Virus record (IMG/VR): IMGVR_UViG_3300031892_000001 | Coordinates: 1 to 50,435 of that record | From: a virus | Taxonomy: Duplodnaviria; Caudoviricetes | Reading direction: 5' to 3' (one strand) | Length of the DNA: 50,435 bases | In this document: positions 25,464 to 36,870 of the stretch, piece by piece | Position numbering within the stretch: position 1 is the stretch's first letter | How the letters are laid out: the number at the start of each line of letters is the position of its first letter | Translations under genes and position numbers: made by a program | The notes under the pieces: model-generated | The model's input: the letters and a program-made list of their open reading frames with translations, nothing else | Told to the model about the DNA's origin: nothing | Database searches by the model: none

Positions 25464-28400
25464 ACGCAGACCGCCTGATCCGCTCAGCGTTGGCCGAGCA
25501 CGCCAAGTGGTGGGATGCGCTCGGCGACGCCATCGAGACCGCTGACGGGTCCACGATCGCAGTGACCGGGTGCGCGTCGGCGTCGTCGATCGGCATGGCC
25601 GCGGCGCTGGCGTGGGTTGCCCGCGAGTACCCGGACCGCGCGGACGAGCTGGCGGAGATCGTCCGGAACTACGTCGACAACGGCGGGGACGACGACGAGT
25701 TGCTGGCGTCCTACTCGGATTCGGTGGCGTCGTGAGTGGCCAGCATCGTCTGTCCGGTGTCGACTCCACCCAGATCCTGGGTGCGGTCCGGTCGGTGGTG
25801 AACGAGGCGTCGGCGTCGTTGCGGGCGATCCGCGAGTGGTGCGACGACGCCAACAAGATCGTGTGCTCCCACCAATCCGAGCACGAGTGCATCCGCTGCG
25901 ACGCGATCAAAGACTGTGCCGCCGCGGTGAGGTCCCTGCTGCCCGATGTCCCTCCGGCAGTAGAGGGGGTGGAGCAGGTGGATGGCACGAGAGTCACGCG
26001 CGGCGACGACCGCGAGTACTGACCCCGAAGACGTGGACGCCGCCCGGTGCGCACACACCGGACGGCGTGACCACCAGATCACACACCTGTTGAGAGGCAA
26101 GGAAATCTGATGGCTGCACAGGACAATACCGCATCGGGTATCGAGAACACCGCAGAGCGTGACCCGCTGCTCCACCTGATGGGCGCGCTCGGTGACAGCG
26201 ACAGCTACATCACCGGCATGGAAGCCGCCGGACAGTCCCAGTTGGTCAACTCGACCATGCTGCCCACGAAAATGAACTCGGGCAGCGACGACGACCTCCG
26301 CGCGCTGGGGTTCGACGACGAGTGGGCGTCCGCAGAGGCGGTGCGCGCGGCGGTCGAGGCGATCCGGGACCGGTGGGTGCGTGAGCAGGAGATCTATCCC
26401 GGCGAGTACACGGCCGAGCAGATCGCGAAGGCGGACAAGGTGCTCGCATCGCTGCCGGGTGGTGAGTCGTGATGGGGAAGAAGCCGAAGAAAGCCCGCGG
26501 GCCTTGTGGAGCGGATCATCCGCCGCCTCGTGCTCGGCACGCCCATGGACAGGCGGTGACTGGCATGACCGCCTACCGCTACTTCGAGATCGGGACGGAC
26601 CTGTGGCGTCTGTCCGGGTCGGTCGTCGAGTTCCGTGACCGGGACGGCGACTGGAACCCGTCGGTCCTGCCGAGGTCGATGTTCCTGGACGAGGCCGACG
26701 AGTTCGGGCGTGAGCTGACTGTGGAGGAGGTCGACGGCCGTGGCTGAGCTTCTCGCGCTGTTCGCGGCGATGCGCGCGGACGTCGACAGTGAGCCGTTCG
26801 CACACGACAACCTGTGGGTCGGGGACCAGACACCGGAGGTACCCCGATGAGCGGGCTTCTGATCGCGATCGCGATCTACGTCATCCTCGACAGGCTGATC
26901 ACCATCGGGTGGGTTGGCCGCAGCATGGACATCACACCCGGCGTGGCTGTGGTGTCCGTCATCACCGGCACGTTCATCGTCGTCGTGCTGCTGAAAGCGG
27001 CCAATGGCGGGGTGACCCCGTGAGTGCCCCGGTGACTCCCGGCGGCGGGTTCCCGTGCGTGATCCAACTCGCCGCGATCCTCGCCCTGTTCGGTGGGTCG
27101 CTGTACCTGGCGGTGCACCTGATCGTGTGGGCGGTGAGCTGACATGGCCGTGGACCCAGGGCTCGCCTACATCCGTGGCCGGTACCGCGTGCCCGCACGG
27201 AGGGGCGGCCGCATCGAATTCGCGTGGCCCAAGGGGACCATCCGCACCGGCACCATCGTCGGCGCGAGCGCGGGCACCGGCTACCTGCTCGTCGACTTCG
27301 GCGACGGCGAGCCACCGGACATCCTGCACCCGACGTGGGAGATCACATACCTGGACGGTGCGTCGTGACTGTGCCGTTGCGGAGGATGCCCGCCCCCTAC
27401 GACGTCATAGCCGTGATGCCCGGAGTGGTGATCGACGGACACCGGTACGAGTCGGTGCGGCTCACCATCGCGGTGGTGTCGCTCGACGGGCACGAGGTCG
27501 ACGCCACCGAGTGGACCGGCGGCCCGCTCATCCATCTCACTGACTCGCAGTTCCGGTTGGTGTCTCCACCGAGAGGAGCAGCGTGATGTCGCGCGACAAG
27601 TACAGCGTGGACTTCATGGCTGAGGGCGACGTTCTGGTGCGCGGCACCGACGACCCGATGCAGGCTCTCGCGTTGGTCGTCGACGAGTTGGACGACGGCA
27701 CCCACGGCTACCTGATCGACGGCGTGCAGCCGGGCGACGAAGTGGACCCGGCAGGCGTAGAGGATGCCGCCGCCTGGTGTCACGACATGCTGACCCGCGC
27801 CCGCGTCGGCTACTACCGAAAGATCGGTTGCCTGCCGAACTCGTATGGCGCGTATGGGGGTTGGTCCTGGCAGTTGGGCTACGCGGACGGGCCATGCCGG
27901 GGCGCGTTCCTCGGCGTCTACTTCAGGCCGCAGCCATGAGGGGTGCGGGTATGGCCGCCGCCTACGGGGCCGGTGCGTGCGTGTTCGCGTGGCTCTCGTT
28001 CAAGGCTGGCGCGTGGATCTTCGACACGGGTGTGGGGGCCTGGTGTCGCTACAAGGACAACAAAGCAGAGCAGGAGAACAAGCCGTGAGCGACTACACCA
28101 AGGTCGTCATCGAGACCGACAGCAAGGGCCGCATGGCGATCAGCGCGGTGGACAACGAGGGCGGCGGTCACGGCTACCGACTGGCTGGACCGAAGTTCGT
28201 GATCGACGAGGTGCCGGGTGTGACCCCGGCGAAGCCGCGTATCCGGGTGGAGTTGGACGAGCGGGACGTGGCGGAGATCCGTTCGTACCTGGCGATCTGG
28301 GACGAGATCCAGGCCGCGAAGGCGGAGGTGTCTTCGTGAGCAAGGGGTTCAAGGTCACCGTCGAAGACCTCGACAACGGCGACACGCAGTCGATGGTCGT

Positions 28401-30593
28401 CGCACCGGGCGACTACATGCTGATCCCGTTCGCGCCCTGCTATCTGGCGGGTGTGCAGAAGCACGGCAACGGCACGGTGCAGTTGACCATCAAGGAGCAC
28501 CGTCCCGAGAAGCTGGACGGTGCGGCATGACCGGTACCCGTGACGGAGACGGACCCCGCCCAAAGGACCGCGTGAACGTCGAGTTCGCGGCGGACTGGGT
28601 TGGTGAGCGGGACGGGCATCGGATCGTCGACATCGCTGACGGACTTGGGCCGATCCACGTCCAAATCCCGGCGTGGGCGCGGGTCGATGTTGTGGAGCGG
28701 GCAGACGACCCCAGCCAGGACGAGATCGGAACCGTGCGCCGCGAGGAACACCGCGAGGACGGCGGCCACTCGGCGTGGCAGCACATCCAGTTCCAACTGT
28801 CCGACACCAAGGCCGGATCGCATTGGGTGTGCACGCACTCGGACCACTTCGGCAACCTCGGCGAGTCTCTGACACACGCCCAAGTGCGGGGCATGCCGGT
28901 CGTCGGCGCCGCGCCTGGTACCCCAGCAGCAGAAGCGTGGGTGGAGCCAGACCCCGACGACCTGGTCCACGACGCCCGGCAGGAAGCCGCGCGCCGCGCC
29001 GTCCGCCACCGCCAGCGGAGCGGCTGCAAGGAGTGCGGCAGGTTGGCCGCTGTCGCCGAAGCAGCCATCGATCACTCGCGTCCGTCGGTTCGTGTGGTCA
29101 ACGAACCCCACGGCCCCTCGGTTGAGGACCGCCGACGGATCGTCGAGTTCTTGGGGCTCGGCGACAAGGTTCGCGCGGTGCTGACCGCAGCGACCGCTGG
29201 CCTGGACCGTGAGCAGGCAGAGCAGTACGTCGAGTCCATGTCGGAGTATCAGTCCTACCTGTCCGAGCACGGAGAGACCCGGGAACCGCGCGTGTTCCAG
29301 TCGGACGGACCGGAGCCACCAGCTGACGTCGTCGCGCTCCGAGACCCATGCGCCGACAGCGAGACGGAACAGCCGTACCTCGTGCGTGATCACGGCGGGT
29401 GGCGTTGGTCTCCGAGCCCGGAACTTGTCAAGCCGGACTGCGGTCGGTTCATGGCTTGGCGCAAGGCTGCTGGTCTGGCGTCTGGTCACACGCTGGTGGA
29501 GGTGCTTCCGTCGTGACTTCTCCTGTGGTCATCGTGTCCCGAGACATCCCGTTGGGACGCACAGAAGTCCGCTGGTACACCGACCTCACCGACTGGGAGC
29601 GCGGCTACCCGCTGGCGACGATCGACCCCTCAGCTCTGTGGATCGACCGCGCTGCGCCCGCGGAGACCGCCCGCCAGGCGGCCGCGCTGTTCCTCAACGA
29701 GCTGGCCGGGAACGCCTGCGCGGATCTGTCGTGGCTTGCTACTCACCGCATCGTGGACTCGGTTCCGGTGCCTGTCGACGGGAGAGCCGCATGACCGACA
29801 CCGAGAAGGTCGGCCCGGTCGACCACATCACCCGCCCGGTCCTGCCGTGGCGGACCGAGCCGGACCTCACCGAGTGCGGCAAGGCTGTCACCGCCTACCC
29901 CGGCCGGCTGCTCACCCGCGAAGAAGCATCACGGCGGATCAAGCGGATCGGCCACAAGCGGGCCGCGTTCTCGCTCTGCATGACCTGTGTGGAGACCTCC
30001 GACCGGCACCGCAACCAGCACGGCCACGAGACCGACATCGTGCACGTCGTCGCCCGCGCCACAAGCGGTGTGCAGTACGCGTACCCGCCCTACCCGGACC
30101 GTCCCCCCACGCCGTTGTGGCTGGAACGGCAGCGGCTGTTGGCGGAACTTGAGGCGATCAACGTGCTGATCGCGACGCACCGCGAGGAGTTCGACGCCTA
30201 CCTGTCCGGCCGCGAGCAAACGGTCTCACTCGACGCCCGGCGTGGCCAGCGCCGCAACCAGACCAACTCCGACATGAGGAGGCGGCCGCTGTGACGGTCA
30301 TCCTCGTTGCTCTCGGCGCGTTCTTTGTCGGTGTCGGCGTCACCGTTGCGGTGGCCCGCTACTTCTTCCTCCTCGGCTGGGAGAAGGCACACGACGACCG
30401 CCGCCTGGAACCAGGTGCGGTGGTCGGCACCCTGCCGGTTCCGCGGCCGCGACCGGAGGAGACGACCGGCCCTATCCCCGCGGTGGGTGAGTCGTCGGGC
30501 AGGCACGCGAAACCGGTGTGGCCTGACTCGGAAGACGGCCCGGAGATGGACACGTCTGTGTTCGAGCCGCTGCGCCCGGAGGTGAGGGCATGA
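25460..30593 (+). other. Chain of translationally coupled small hypothetical genes: 25460-25735, 25732-26022, 26110-26472, 26565-26747, 26847-27023, 27020-27142, 27144-27368, 27365-27586, 27583-27939, 27936-28088, 28085-28339, 28336-28530, 28527-29516, 29513-29794, 29791-30294, 30291-30593
   Basis: Nearly all junctions are GTGA/ATGA overlaps with an embedded SD; no family recognised. Confidence 0.65.
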
Positions 30594-31060
30594 CCGACTC
30601 GGTGTGGCACCTACCGATCCCGCTCGTCGACGACAAGCCGCCGCTGTCCGCGAACGATCGCCTGCACTGGGCGGCCAAGAACCGGCGGGTGCAGGACATC
30701 AAGGACGCCATCGGCTGGCGCGTGCGGCAGAACAAGATTCCGCGCATGGAGCACGTCACGGTGCAGTTGATGTTCCAGCCGCAGGACCGGCGGCGGCGCG
30801 ACCCCAGCAACCTGATGCCCACCCAGAAGGCCGCCGTCGACGGCTTGGTGGCGGCGGGGGTTGTCGTCGACGACACACCCGCCTACGTGGAGGAGAAGAT
30901 CCCCGCCGTGCTGGACCGTGACGGCGGGCCGCGTCGCATGTGGCTGGTTGTGGAGTGGACACCGGAGGCCGCGCCCGAGGTGAGGCAGTGGATCGCTGAG
31001 GACACCGCGTTCGAGCGGACCCACATGGACGCATCAACCCGAGACACGGAGGTGGGCTGA
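30590..31060 (+). CDS. RusA-like Holliday junction resolvase
   Basis: LSANDRLHW...RRRDPSNL...KAAVDGLV.AGVVVDD. Confidence 0.85.
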   Translation: MTDSVWHLPIPLVDDKPPLSANDRLHWAAKNRRVQDIKDAIGWRVRQNKIPRMEHVTVQLMFQPQDRRRRDPSNLMPTQKAAVDGLVAAGVVVDDTPAYVEEKIPAVLDRDGGPRRMWLVVEWTPEAAPEVRQWIAEDTAFERTHMDASTRDTEVG

Positions 31061-32705
31061 TGCCCCGCAAAGCTGGCCGCCCGGCCATCCCGGAAGCCAC
31101 ACCGGTGGGGGACGTCGCGGGGATGGTCATCCTCGCTGGGCCGATCGCTGCCGTGGACGCCCGCAACAAGCTGCCCGAGGTCGCGCCCGAGCCGGAGGAC
31201 CCGCTGCGCCTGGACTGGAAGGAGCTGTCGTCTCCGGACAGTTGGAACGTGAACGCGGTCTACGACTTCGGGGTGAACGAGTTGCTGGCCCGCGAGTTGG
31301 TGCGGTGGGCCAAGGAGTTCGGTGGTGAGCACGGTCGGATGTTGCGTCGCCGGGCGGCGTGGTTGCGGTCACCTAAGACAGGTGTGTCTCGGAACTCTGC
31401 AGGAGGGGGCCACCATGGCTGACCGACTCTGCGGACCGCACTGCCCAACACCGGACGCACCGCACCGCGACCCGGAGCCGGACTGGATCGGGAACATGCC
31501 GATCTACCACGGCGAGTCCGACCATCCCGTGCCAGACACGGGCGGCTGGAACGGCCTCTACACGGAGAGCCCCGAGATGTTCTGCCTGTGCGGCCACCCG
31601 AACTACCTGATGTGCCCCATCTTCTGGGACGGCGGCGGGATCGGCGGCGTGTCGGTGGGCGTGGATCAGGACGGCGCGGTGGCGGTCGCTGACGAGCCGA
31701 CGTTCCAGGCGGGAGGAGACCACCAGTGAGCGACAGGCCCAATCCCCCGGAGGAGTTCCCGCCGAGCACCGCAGTAGCAGTACCGGACACCAAGTGGACC
31801 ATCGGCAACTCCGGACGTCGTTGCCGTTTCCCGGTTGGCCCCGGCAACACCAGTTGCAAGGCGCCGGCGGTCGCGGCGCTGAACCGTGGCCGTTGGAGCC
31901 GCCGCGTGGGACGCATCGTGGACTCGTGGTGGTCCTACTGCGGGTCTCACCTGTACGGGCGGTGGATCGAGGACGGACAGGTCATGCACTGGATTCGCCG
32001 CCGCGAGGAGGACACCGCTGAAGCGGCCGAGGACGCCGTGCTGCTGGCCGGGGCAGAAGCACGGATGGCCCGGGACACCGGTGAGCGGTACTCGCTCGAC
32101 TCGGTGATCGAGGAGTTCGGCGGGTCTGTTGGTGGTGAGGGATGACCGACCCCGCACTGACGATCACGTTCCTCAAGGTGCTGTCCGAGTACATGGCTGG
32201 CAGGTACGACGAGGAACGCGGCAAGCAGGCCGCGGCGATGAAGCGCGGCGATCGGCTGTCCGGCCGTGACCCGCGCGACGACTCGAAGCTGTCGCTCGTC
32301 ACGCTCACCGACCCGAAGCCGCGCGTCGACGTCACCTCGATCACCGAGCTCACGCAGTGGCTGGCCGACGAGTATCCGGAGCTGACGGAGAACGTCACCA
32401 CGATCATCGGGTCCGACGCCGAGGTGAAAGAGGTCTTGTTCCAGCACGCCCCCGAGCTTCTCCGGCAAACCCGGCAGATCAAGCCGGACGCGTTGCGGGA
32501 ACTGAAGGCGGCGTGCGTGACGCTCGGACACGTGATGGGACCGGGCGGCGAAGCCAAGGTTCCCGGCCTCGAGGTCCGCACCCCGGACCCGGTGCTGCAG
32601 TGCCGCCCCGTGGAGGACTCTCTGCCCCGGCTGCTGGCGCTGTTCCGCGAAGGACACATCGATCTCGACGGCACCGTCCGTCCACTCCTGGAGGAGCCGA
32701 AGTGA
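31060..32705 (+). other. Four hypothetical genes: 31060-31422, 31415-31729, 31726-32145, 32142-32705
   Basis: Coupled ORFs with RBSs between RusA and the annealase. Confidence 0.6.
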
Positions 32706-33391
32706 CCGACAACAAGGTGGGGTTGCGGGACCCGTTCCCGCCGGAGCAGATCGGCAAGCTGCCGAAGATCACCTGCGGTGACTGCGCCCGGAACAAGACC
32801 GCGAAGGTGTGCGACAACCACAAGAAGAAGCGGTGCCGCACCTGCCAGAACTGGATCACCACCGAACACATCCACGTCGACTACGTCGGCCACGCCCACG
32901 TCACCGAACGACTGCTCGCGGTCGACCCGGCATGGACGTGGAAGCCCCTCACCTTCCAGAACAACGGTGTTCCCGCACTGGACGACACCGGCGGCCTGTG
33001 GATCGAACTCACCATCAACGGCATCTCCCGCATCGGGTACGGCGACGCACCCGGCAAGTCCGGTGGGCTCGCGGTGAAGGAGGCGATCGGCGACGCGATC
33101 CGCAACGCCGCCATGCGGTTCGGGGTGGCGCTCGACCTGTGGAAGAAGGAACTTCCCGCGCCGGTCGACGACGTCCCTTCCCGTCCGGTTGAGCGGGTGG
33201 AGCAGACGGAGGAGGAGAAGAAGGCGGAGGTGCGCGGCCAGATCGCGTTGATCTCCAAGCGGAAGGGCAAGACGGTCGACGAGGTGGCGGGCGACTTCGC
33301 GACCTGGTCTCGCGGCACCGGCATCCGGGATGCCAGCGTCGCGCTGCTCGTCGAGTACCGGGATCACCTGCAGCAGGCGGCCCAGTCATGA
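32702..33391 (+). CDS. Rad52/22-like single-strand annealing protein
   Basis: DYVGHAHVTERLL.VDP.W.W...LWI.LTI.GISR.GYG...KEAIGDAIRNAAMRFGVALDLW. Confidence 0.8.
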   Translation: MTDNKVGLRDPFPPEQIGKLPKITCGDCARNKTAKVCDNHKKKRCRTCQNWITTEHIHVDYVGHAHVTERLLAVDPAWTWKPLTFQNNGVPALDDTGGLWIELTINGISRIGYGDAPGKSGGLAVKEAIGDAIRNAAMRFGVALDLWKKELPAPVDDVPSRPVERVEQTEEEKKAEVRGQIALISKRKGKTVDEVAGDFATWSRGTGIRDASVALLVEYRDHLQQAAQS

Positions 33392-33747
33392 GCGACAACG
33401 TCCTCAACCCGGCCGACTTGGAAGCGAAGATCCAGGAGATCTCCCGCCGCATCCACGAAGGCGTGAAGGTCGTGACCGCGGCCGAGCGGGACGCCCGCGA
33501 GCAGCGCCGTCTCTACGACCTCGCCTACGCCAAGGCCTACATGGCGCACGAGGGCCCGGCGCACGAACGCAGGTATGCCGCCGAGATCGCCACGACCGAC
33601 GACCGCAACACCGTCGACATCGCCGAGGTGGCGTTCAAGCACGCCGAACGCACCGCCCGCGCGCTGGAGAACGAACTCCGCGCCACCCAGTCGATCGGCG
33701 CGTCGATCCGGCAGATGTACGCCAGCGAGAGGGGGTTCGGGTCATGA
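33388..33747 (+). CDS. Coiled-coil protein, possible recombination mediator
   Basis: Helical 119-aa ORF directly after the annealase. Confidence 0.5.
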   Translation: MSDNVLNPADLEAKIQEISRRIHEGVKVVTAAERDAREQRRLYDLAYAKAYMAHEGPAHERRYAAEIATTDDRNTVDIAEVAFKHAERTARALENELRATQSIGASIRQMYASERGFGS

Positions 33748-34241
33748 CGGTCCCGTACGGGCATGGTTGGGACGACACCGACGACTGGGCTGATCCGGCG
33801 GATGTGGCGGCGGCCCGGATGGTGACGGTCGAACTGCCGGCACAGGTGCGGGTGCTCGTCACGGTCAGCCGATCCTGGCGAGGCTGGAAGGTCATGCGTG
33901 AGGCGCTCGAACAGGTCCACGCGAAGTACCCGGACGCGGTCCTGGTCCACGGCGACGCGCCCCGCGGTGACCGAGACGCGGCGAACCTGTGGCGAGGCAT
34001 GGGCGGCGAGGTCGAGGCGTGGCCCGCCAACTGGCGGGAGCACGGTGTGGACTGCCGCTGCCCTAACCGGACCGCGGTGTGCCGATACGCCGGCATGCGC
34101 CGCAACTTGGCGATGGTCGAGTCGGCTCCGGCGCTGTGCTTGGCGTTCATCCACAACCGAAGCAAGGGCGCCACGCACTGCGCGGACGCGGCTGAGGCCG
34201 CTGGTATCCGCGTTCTCCGGTACCCAGGCGGTGAGTCGTGA
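33744..34241 (+). CDS. SLOG family protein (YspA/DUF2493-like)
   Basis: RVLVT.SR.W, LVHGDAPRGD, PANW, AG.RRN..MV and SKGATHC motifs. Confidence 0.85.
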   Translation: MTVPYGHGWDDTDDWADPADVAAARMVTVELPAQVRVLVTVSRSWRGWKVMREALEQVHAKYPDAVLVHGDAPRGDRDAANLWRGMGGEVEAWPANWREHGVDCRCPNRTAVCRYAGMRRNLAMVESAPALCLAFIHNRSKGATHCADAAEAAGIRVLRYPGGES

Positions 34242-35215
34242 GGTGGGGCTCTGTGTGCACGGGCTACGGCGGGCTGGACATGGCGGCGACCGCGCTGCTC
34301 GGCGGTGACCACGCGTGGTTCGCCGACGTCGACACGGCGGCGTCGAAGGTGCTTGCGCACCACTGGCCGGGCGTGCCGAACCTCGGCGACATCTCGGCGG
34401 TGGACTGGTCCGAAGTGGAGCCGGTCGACGGGCTGACCGGCGGCACACCGTGCCAGGACTTGAGCGCGGCGGGTAAGCGGGCGGGGATGCGGGCGGGTAC
34501 GCGGTCGGGGTTGTGGCATGCGATGTGCGACGCGATCGAGGTTCTGCGTCCGCGGCTTGTGTTGTGGGAGAACGTGAGAGGGGCGTTGAGTGCCGGATCC
34601 GATAGCGCGTTGGAACCCTGCCCGGGATGTCTGGGAGTCGGAGACGACGGGCCTGTTCTGCGAGCACTCGGACGTGTTCTCGGGGACCTGGCCGATCTCG
34701 GGTATGACGCGGTCTGGTGTGGCCTACCCGCTTCCGCCGTGGGATGCGCACACCAGCGCTGGCGGGTCTTCGTCGCCGCCTGCCCACGTGCCGACGCCGC
34801 TTCACTCGGACGCGGGTCCAAGGGGCGGGACGACCGGGTTCGGGCTGCGGGACTGGAGCCGCGAGATCAGTCGCCCCGACCTGAACCAGCGGGCGGACGC
34901 GACCTGTCTGCCGGGCGCGCTGCTGGGCCCGGGGTCGACTGGCGGGAGTACACCGCCGCGATCCGGCAGCACGAGCTGATGATCGGACGACCCGCGCCCG
35001 CGCCAACGATCGTCGGCCAGCGGGGCGGGCCGAAGCTGTCGCCGTGGTTCACCGAGTGGTTGATGGGCCTGCCCGCCGGCCTCATCACCGGTGTGCCGGG
35101 CCTGTCGGTCAACGACCAGCTACGGCTGTGCGGCAACGGCGTCGTGAGGCAACAGGCGATCGCGGCCTACCGGTACCTGCTGCCGCTGCTGGACTCTGGG
35201 GAGGTGGCGTCGTGA
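34238..35215 (+). CDS. DNA (cytosine-5) methyltransferase
   Basis: Motif I GSVCTGYGGLD, IV GGTPCQ, VI ENV, VIII HQRWRVF, IX-X EWLMGLP...GNGVV. Confidence 0.92.
   Translation: MRWGSVCTGYGGLDMAATALLGGDHAWFADVDTAASKVLAHHWPGVPNLGDISAVDWSEVEPVDGLTGGTPCQDLSAAGKRAGMRAGTRSGLWHAMCDAIEVLRPRLVLWENVRGALSAGSDSALEPCPGCLGVGDDGPVLRALGRVLGDLADLGYDAVWCGLPASAVGCAHQRWRVFVAACPRADAASLGRGSKGRDDRVRAAGLEPRDQSPRPEPAGGRDLSAGRAAGPGVDWREYTAAIRQHELMIGRPAPAPTIVGQRGGPKLSPWFTEWLMGLPAGLITGVPGLSVNDQLRLCGNGVVRQQAIAAYRYLLPLLDSGEVAS
34590..34979 (+). CDS. Overprinted +1-frame ORF inside the methyltransferase, possible second subunit
   Basis: GTG with GAGAGGGG upstream; protein-like IARWNPARDVWE...TWP.SGMTR.G.AY.LP and VPTP..SD segments. 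Confidence 0.55.
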   Translation: MPDPIARWNPARDVWESETTGLFCEHSDVFSGTWPISGMTRSGVAYPLPPWDAHTSAGGSSSPPAHVPTPLHSDAGPRGGTTGFGLRDWSREISRPDLNQRADATCLPGALLGPGSTGGSTPPRSGSTS

Positions 35216-35406
35216 CCGCGGTGGTGGGTGTGTACCTGCACCCCAAAGCATGCCCAGTGTGTGAGGGACGTCGTCAGGTGATGGCGTGCCGTCCCGGTCG
35301 GACGGTCGGCCAGGTTGTGGACTGCCCGCAGTGCACGGACCGGGGAGAGTTCTACCGGCTGGTGGCTCGTGAGCGCATGGCCCCGACGACCGGGGGTGCC
35401 GCGTGA
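35212..35406 (+). CDS. Small zinc-finger protein
   Basis: CPVC...CPQC; GTGA-coupled. Confidence 0.55.
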   Translation: MTAVVGVYLHPKACPVCEGRRQVMACRPGRTVGQVVDCPQCTDRGEFYRLVARERMAPTTGGAA

Positions 35407-35930
35407 GGCCGCCAGAGGGTGCCCGTCTGGACGTCGCCGTGGACCTGTTCCACGACCACGCCTGGCGGGGTCCGAAGCCGGTGCTGTCGGTGGAGCAGAT
35501 CGCCGAGCTGCTGCCGGTGTGGGCGGGGTGGTTCCGGGAGGAGTTCGCGCCGACACGTCGGGTGGAGCGGCCGAAGCAGAAGGTGCAGAACCGGACCACA
35601 CCGAAGGTGGGCAAGGGGTCGCAGTCGCAGGGACGGACGCTGGTTGCTGCACGCTCAGGTGGCCTGTGCGAGATCTGCGCGCTCGCCCCCGCCCGGGAGT
35701 GGCACCACCGCAAGAACCGGTCTCAGGGCGGCACGTGGGCGGCCAGCAACGGCATGCACCTCTGTACGGCGGACCACGCCTGGATCACCGAGCACCCCGA
35801 GCAAGCCGCCGCGAACGGCTGGACGGTCAAGTCCTTTCACGACCCTGCCGCCACGACGCTGTTGCGGCGCGGCAAGTGGGTCCAACTACATGACGACGGC
35901 AGCGTGACCGTCGTGGAGGAGGTGGCCTGA
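35403..35930 (+). CDS. HNH-like nuclease
   Basis: RSGGLCEIC...HHRKNRSQGG.W..SN..HLC..DH.WI..HP. Confidence 0.75.
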   Translation: MRPPEGARLDVAVDLFHDHAWRGPKPVLSVEQIAELLPVWAGWFREEFAPTRRVERPKQKVQNRTTPKVGKGSQSQGRTLVAARSGGLCEICALAPAREWHHRKNRSQGGTWAASNGMHLCTADHAWITEHPEQAAANGWTVKSFHDPAATTLLRRGKWVQLHDDGSVTVVEEVA

Positions 35931-35932
35931 GA

Positions 35933-36496
35933 GTGGCTGAAGAACTGGGCTACGTGGACGCGGTCCGCGCGGAGATCGACAAGCAGTTGGGGTGGACTCC
36001 GCGCCACACCTACGCGGAAGCGTGGGATCAGGCCGTCACCACCGCGATGGGTGTGGTAGGACCGATCTTGGAGGGATGGGAGCAGCGCCTGGCGGACGTC
36101 CGGGACGAGTACCGCAAGTCGCTGGAGTCGTGGGACCGGTCGCGCGCGCGGCTCGACAAAGACCGCGCCCTGTTGCTGTGGCTACACGCCGAAGCAGTGT
36201 GGTGGTTGAACCTGTCTCGCGATGAGCACGAGGCAGACGAGATGCTGCACGTGTGGTACCGGCGTGCCGAGCATGCGACGGCGGATGCCAACAAGACGCG
36301 CGCAGCCCTGAACCGGTCGGAGGCGTCTCGTCAGGCATGGGCAGAAGAAGCCATGCGACTCCAGGTGCAGGTGGACAACATGCTCGCCGGGGCCGCGAAC
36401 TCGGGACAGACGTGGAACGGTGTCGCGCCGTCCTCTTCGGTGCTTCCGGACGGAGAAGCACAGCCCGGTGATCTTGCGGGTGGTGTTGTGGAGTGA
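35933..36496 (+). CDS. Hypothetical coiled-coil protein
   Basis: 187-aa ORF in the operon. Confidence 0.55.
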   Translation: MAEELGYVDAVRAEIDKQLGWTPRHTYAEAWDQAVTTAMGVVGPILEGWEQRLADVRDEYRKSLESWDRSRARLDKDRALLLWLHAEAVWWLNLSRDEHEADEMLHVWYRRAEHATADANKTRAALNRSEASRQAWAEEAMRLQVQVDNMLAGAANSGQTWNGVAPSSSVLPDGEAQPGDLAGGVVE

Positions 36497-36870
36497 CCAC
36501 CAACTGGCGCGCCTGGGCCGCATGCGCAGGAGCCGACCCTGTCCTGTTCTTCCCCGAACCCCCAGGCGGAACCGAACGGGCCGAACGCATGTGCGTCGTG
36601 TGCCCCGTCCGAACCGAGTGTCTCGCCGAGGCCCTTCAACTACGCGACACCTACGGGTTCCGCGGCGGCCACAGCGGCGACGAACGAGCCCGCATGCTCC
36701 GCCGAGCAGCCAACCGGACACCAGCCACCCCGGTCCCCGCCGAGGACGTGGCGGCGCTGCTCGGCGCCGGCTGGTCATGTCCTGCGATCGCTGCCCGCCT
36801 GGATGTGCATGTGGACTCGGTGCGCCGGGTGCGACGCCGACTGGCCGGGCAGCAGGGGGCCGCCGCATGA
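36493..36870 (+). CDS. WhiB family protein with C-terminal HTH
   Basis: AAC...FFP...CVVCPVRTEC...YGFRGG, then GWSCPAIAARLDVHVDSVRRVR. Confidence 0.85.
   Translation: MTTNWRAWAACAGADPVLFFPEPPGGTERAERMCVVCPVRTECLAEALQLRDTYGFRGGHSGDERARMLRRAANRTPATPVPAEDVAALLGAGWSCPAIAARLDVHVDSVRRVRRRLAGQQGAAA

Noticed and set aside
34238-35930. Restriction-modification pair (methyltransferase plus HNH)
   Set aside because: The HNH is a small generic phage type separated by another gene; an orphan methyltransferase is more likely.
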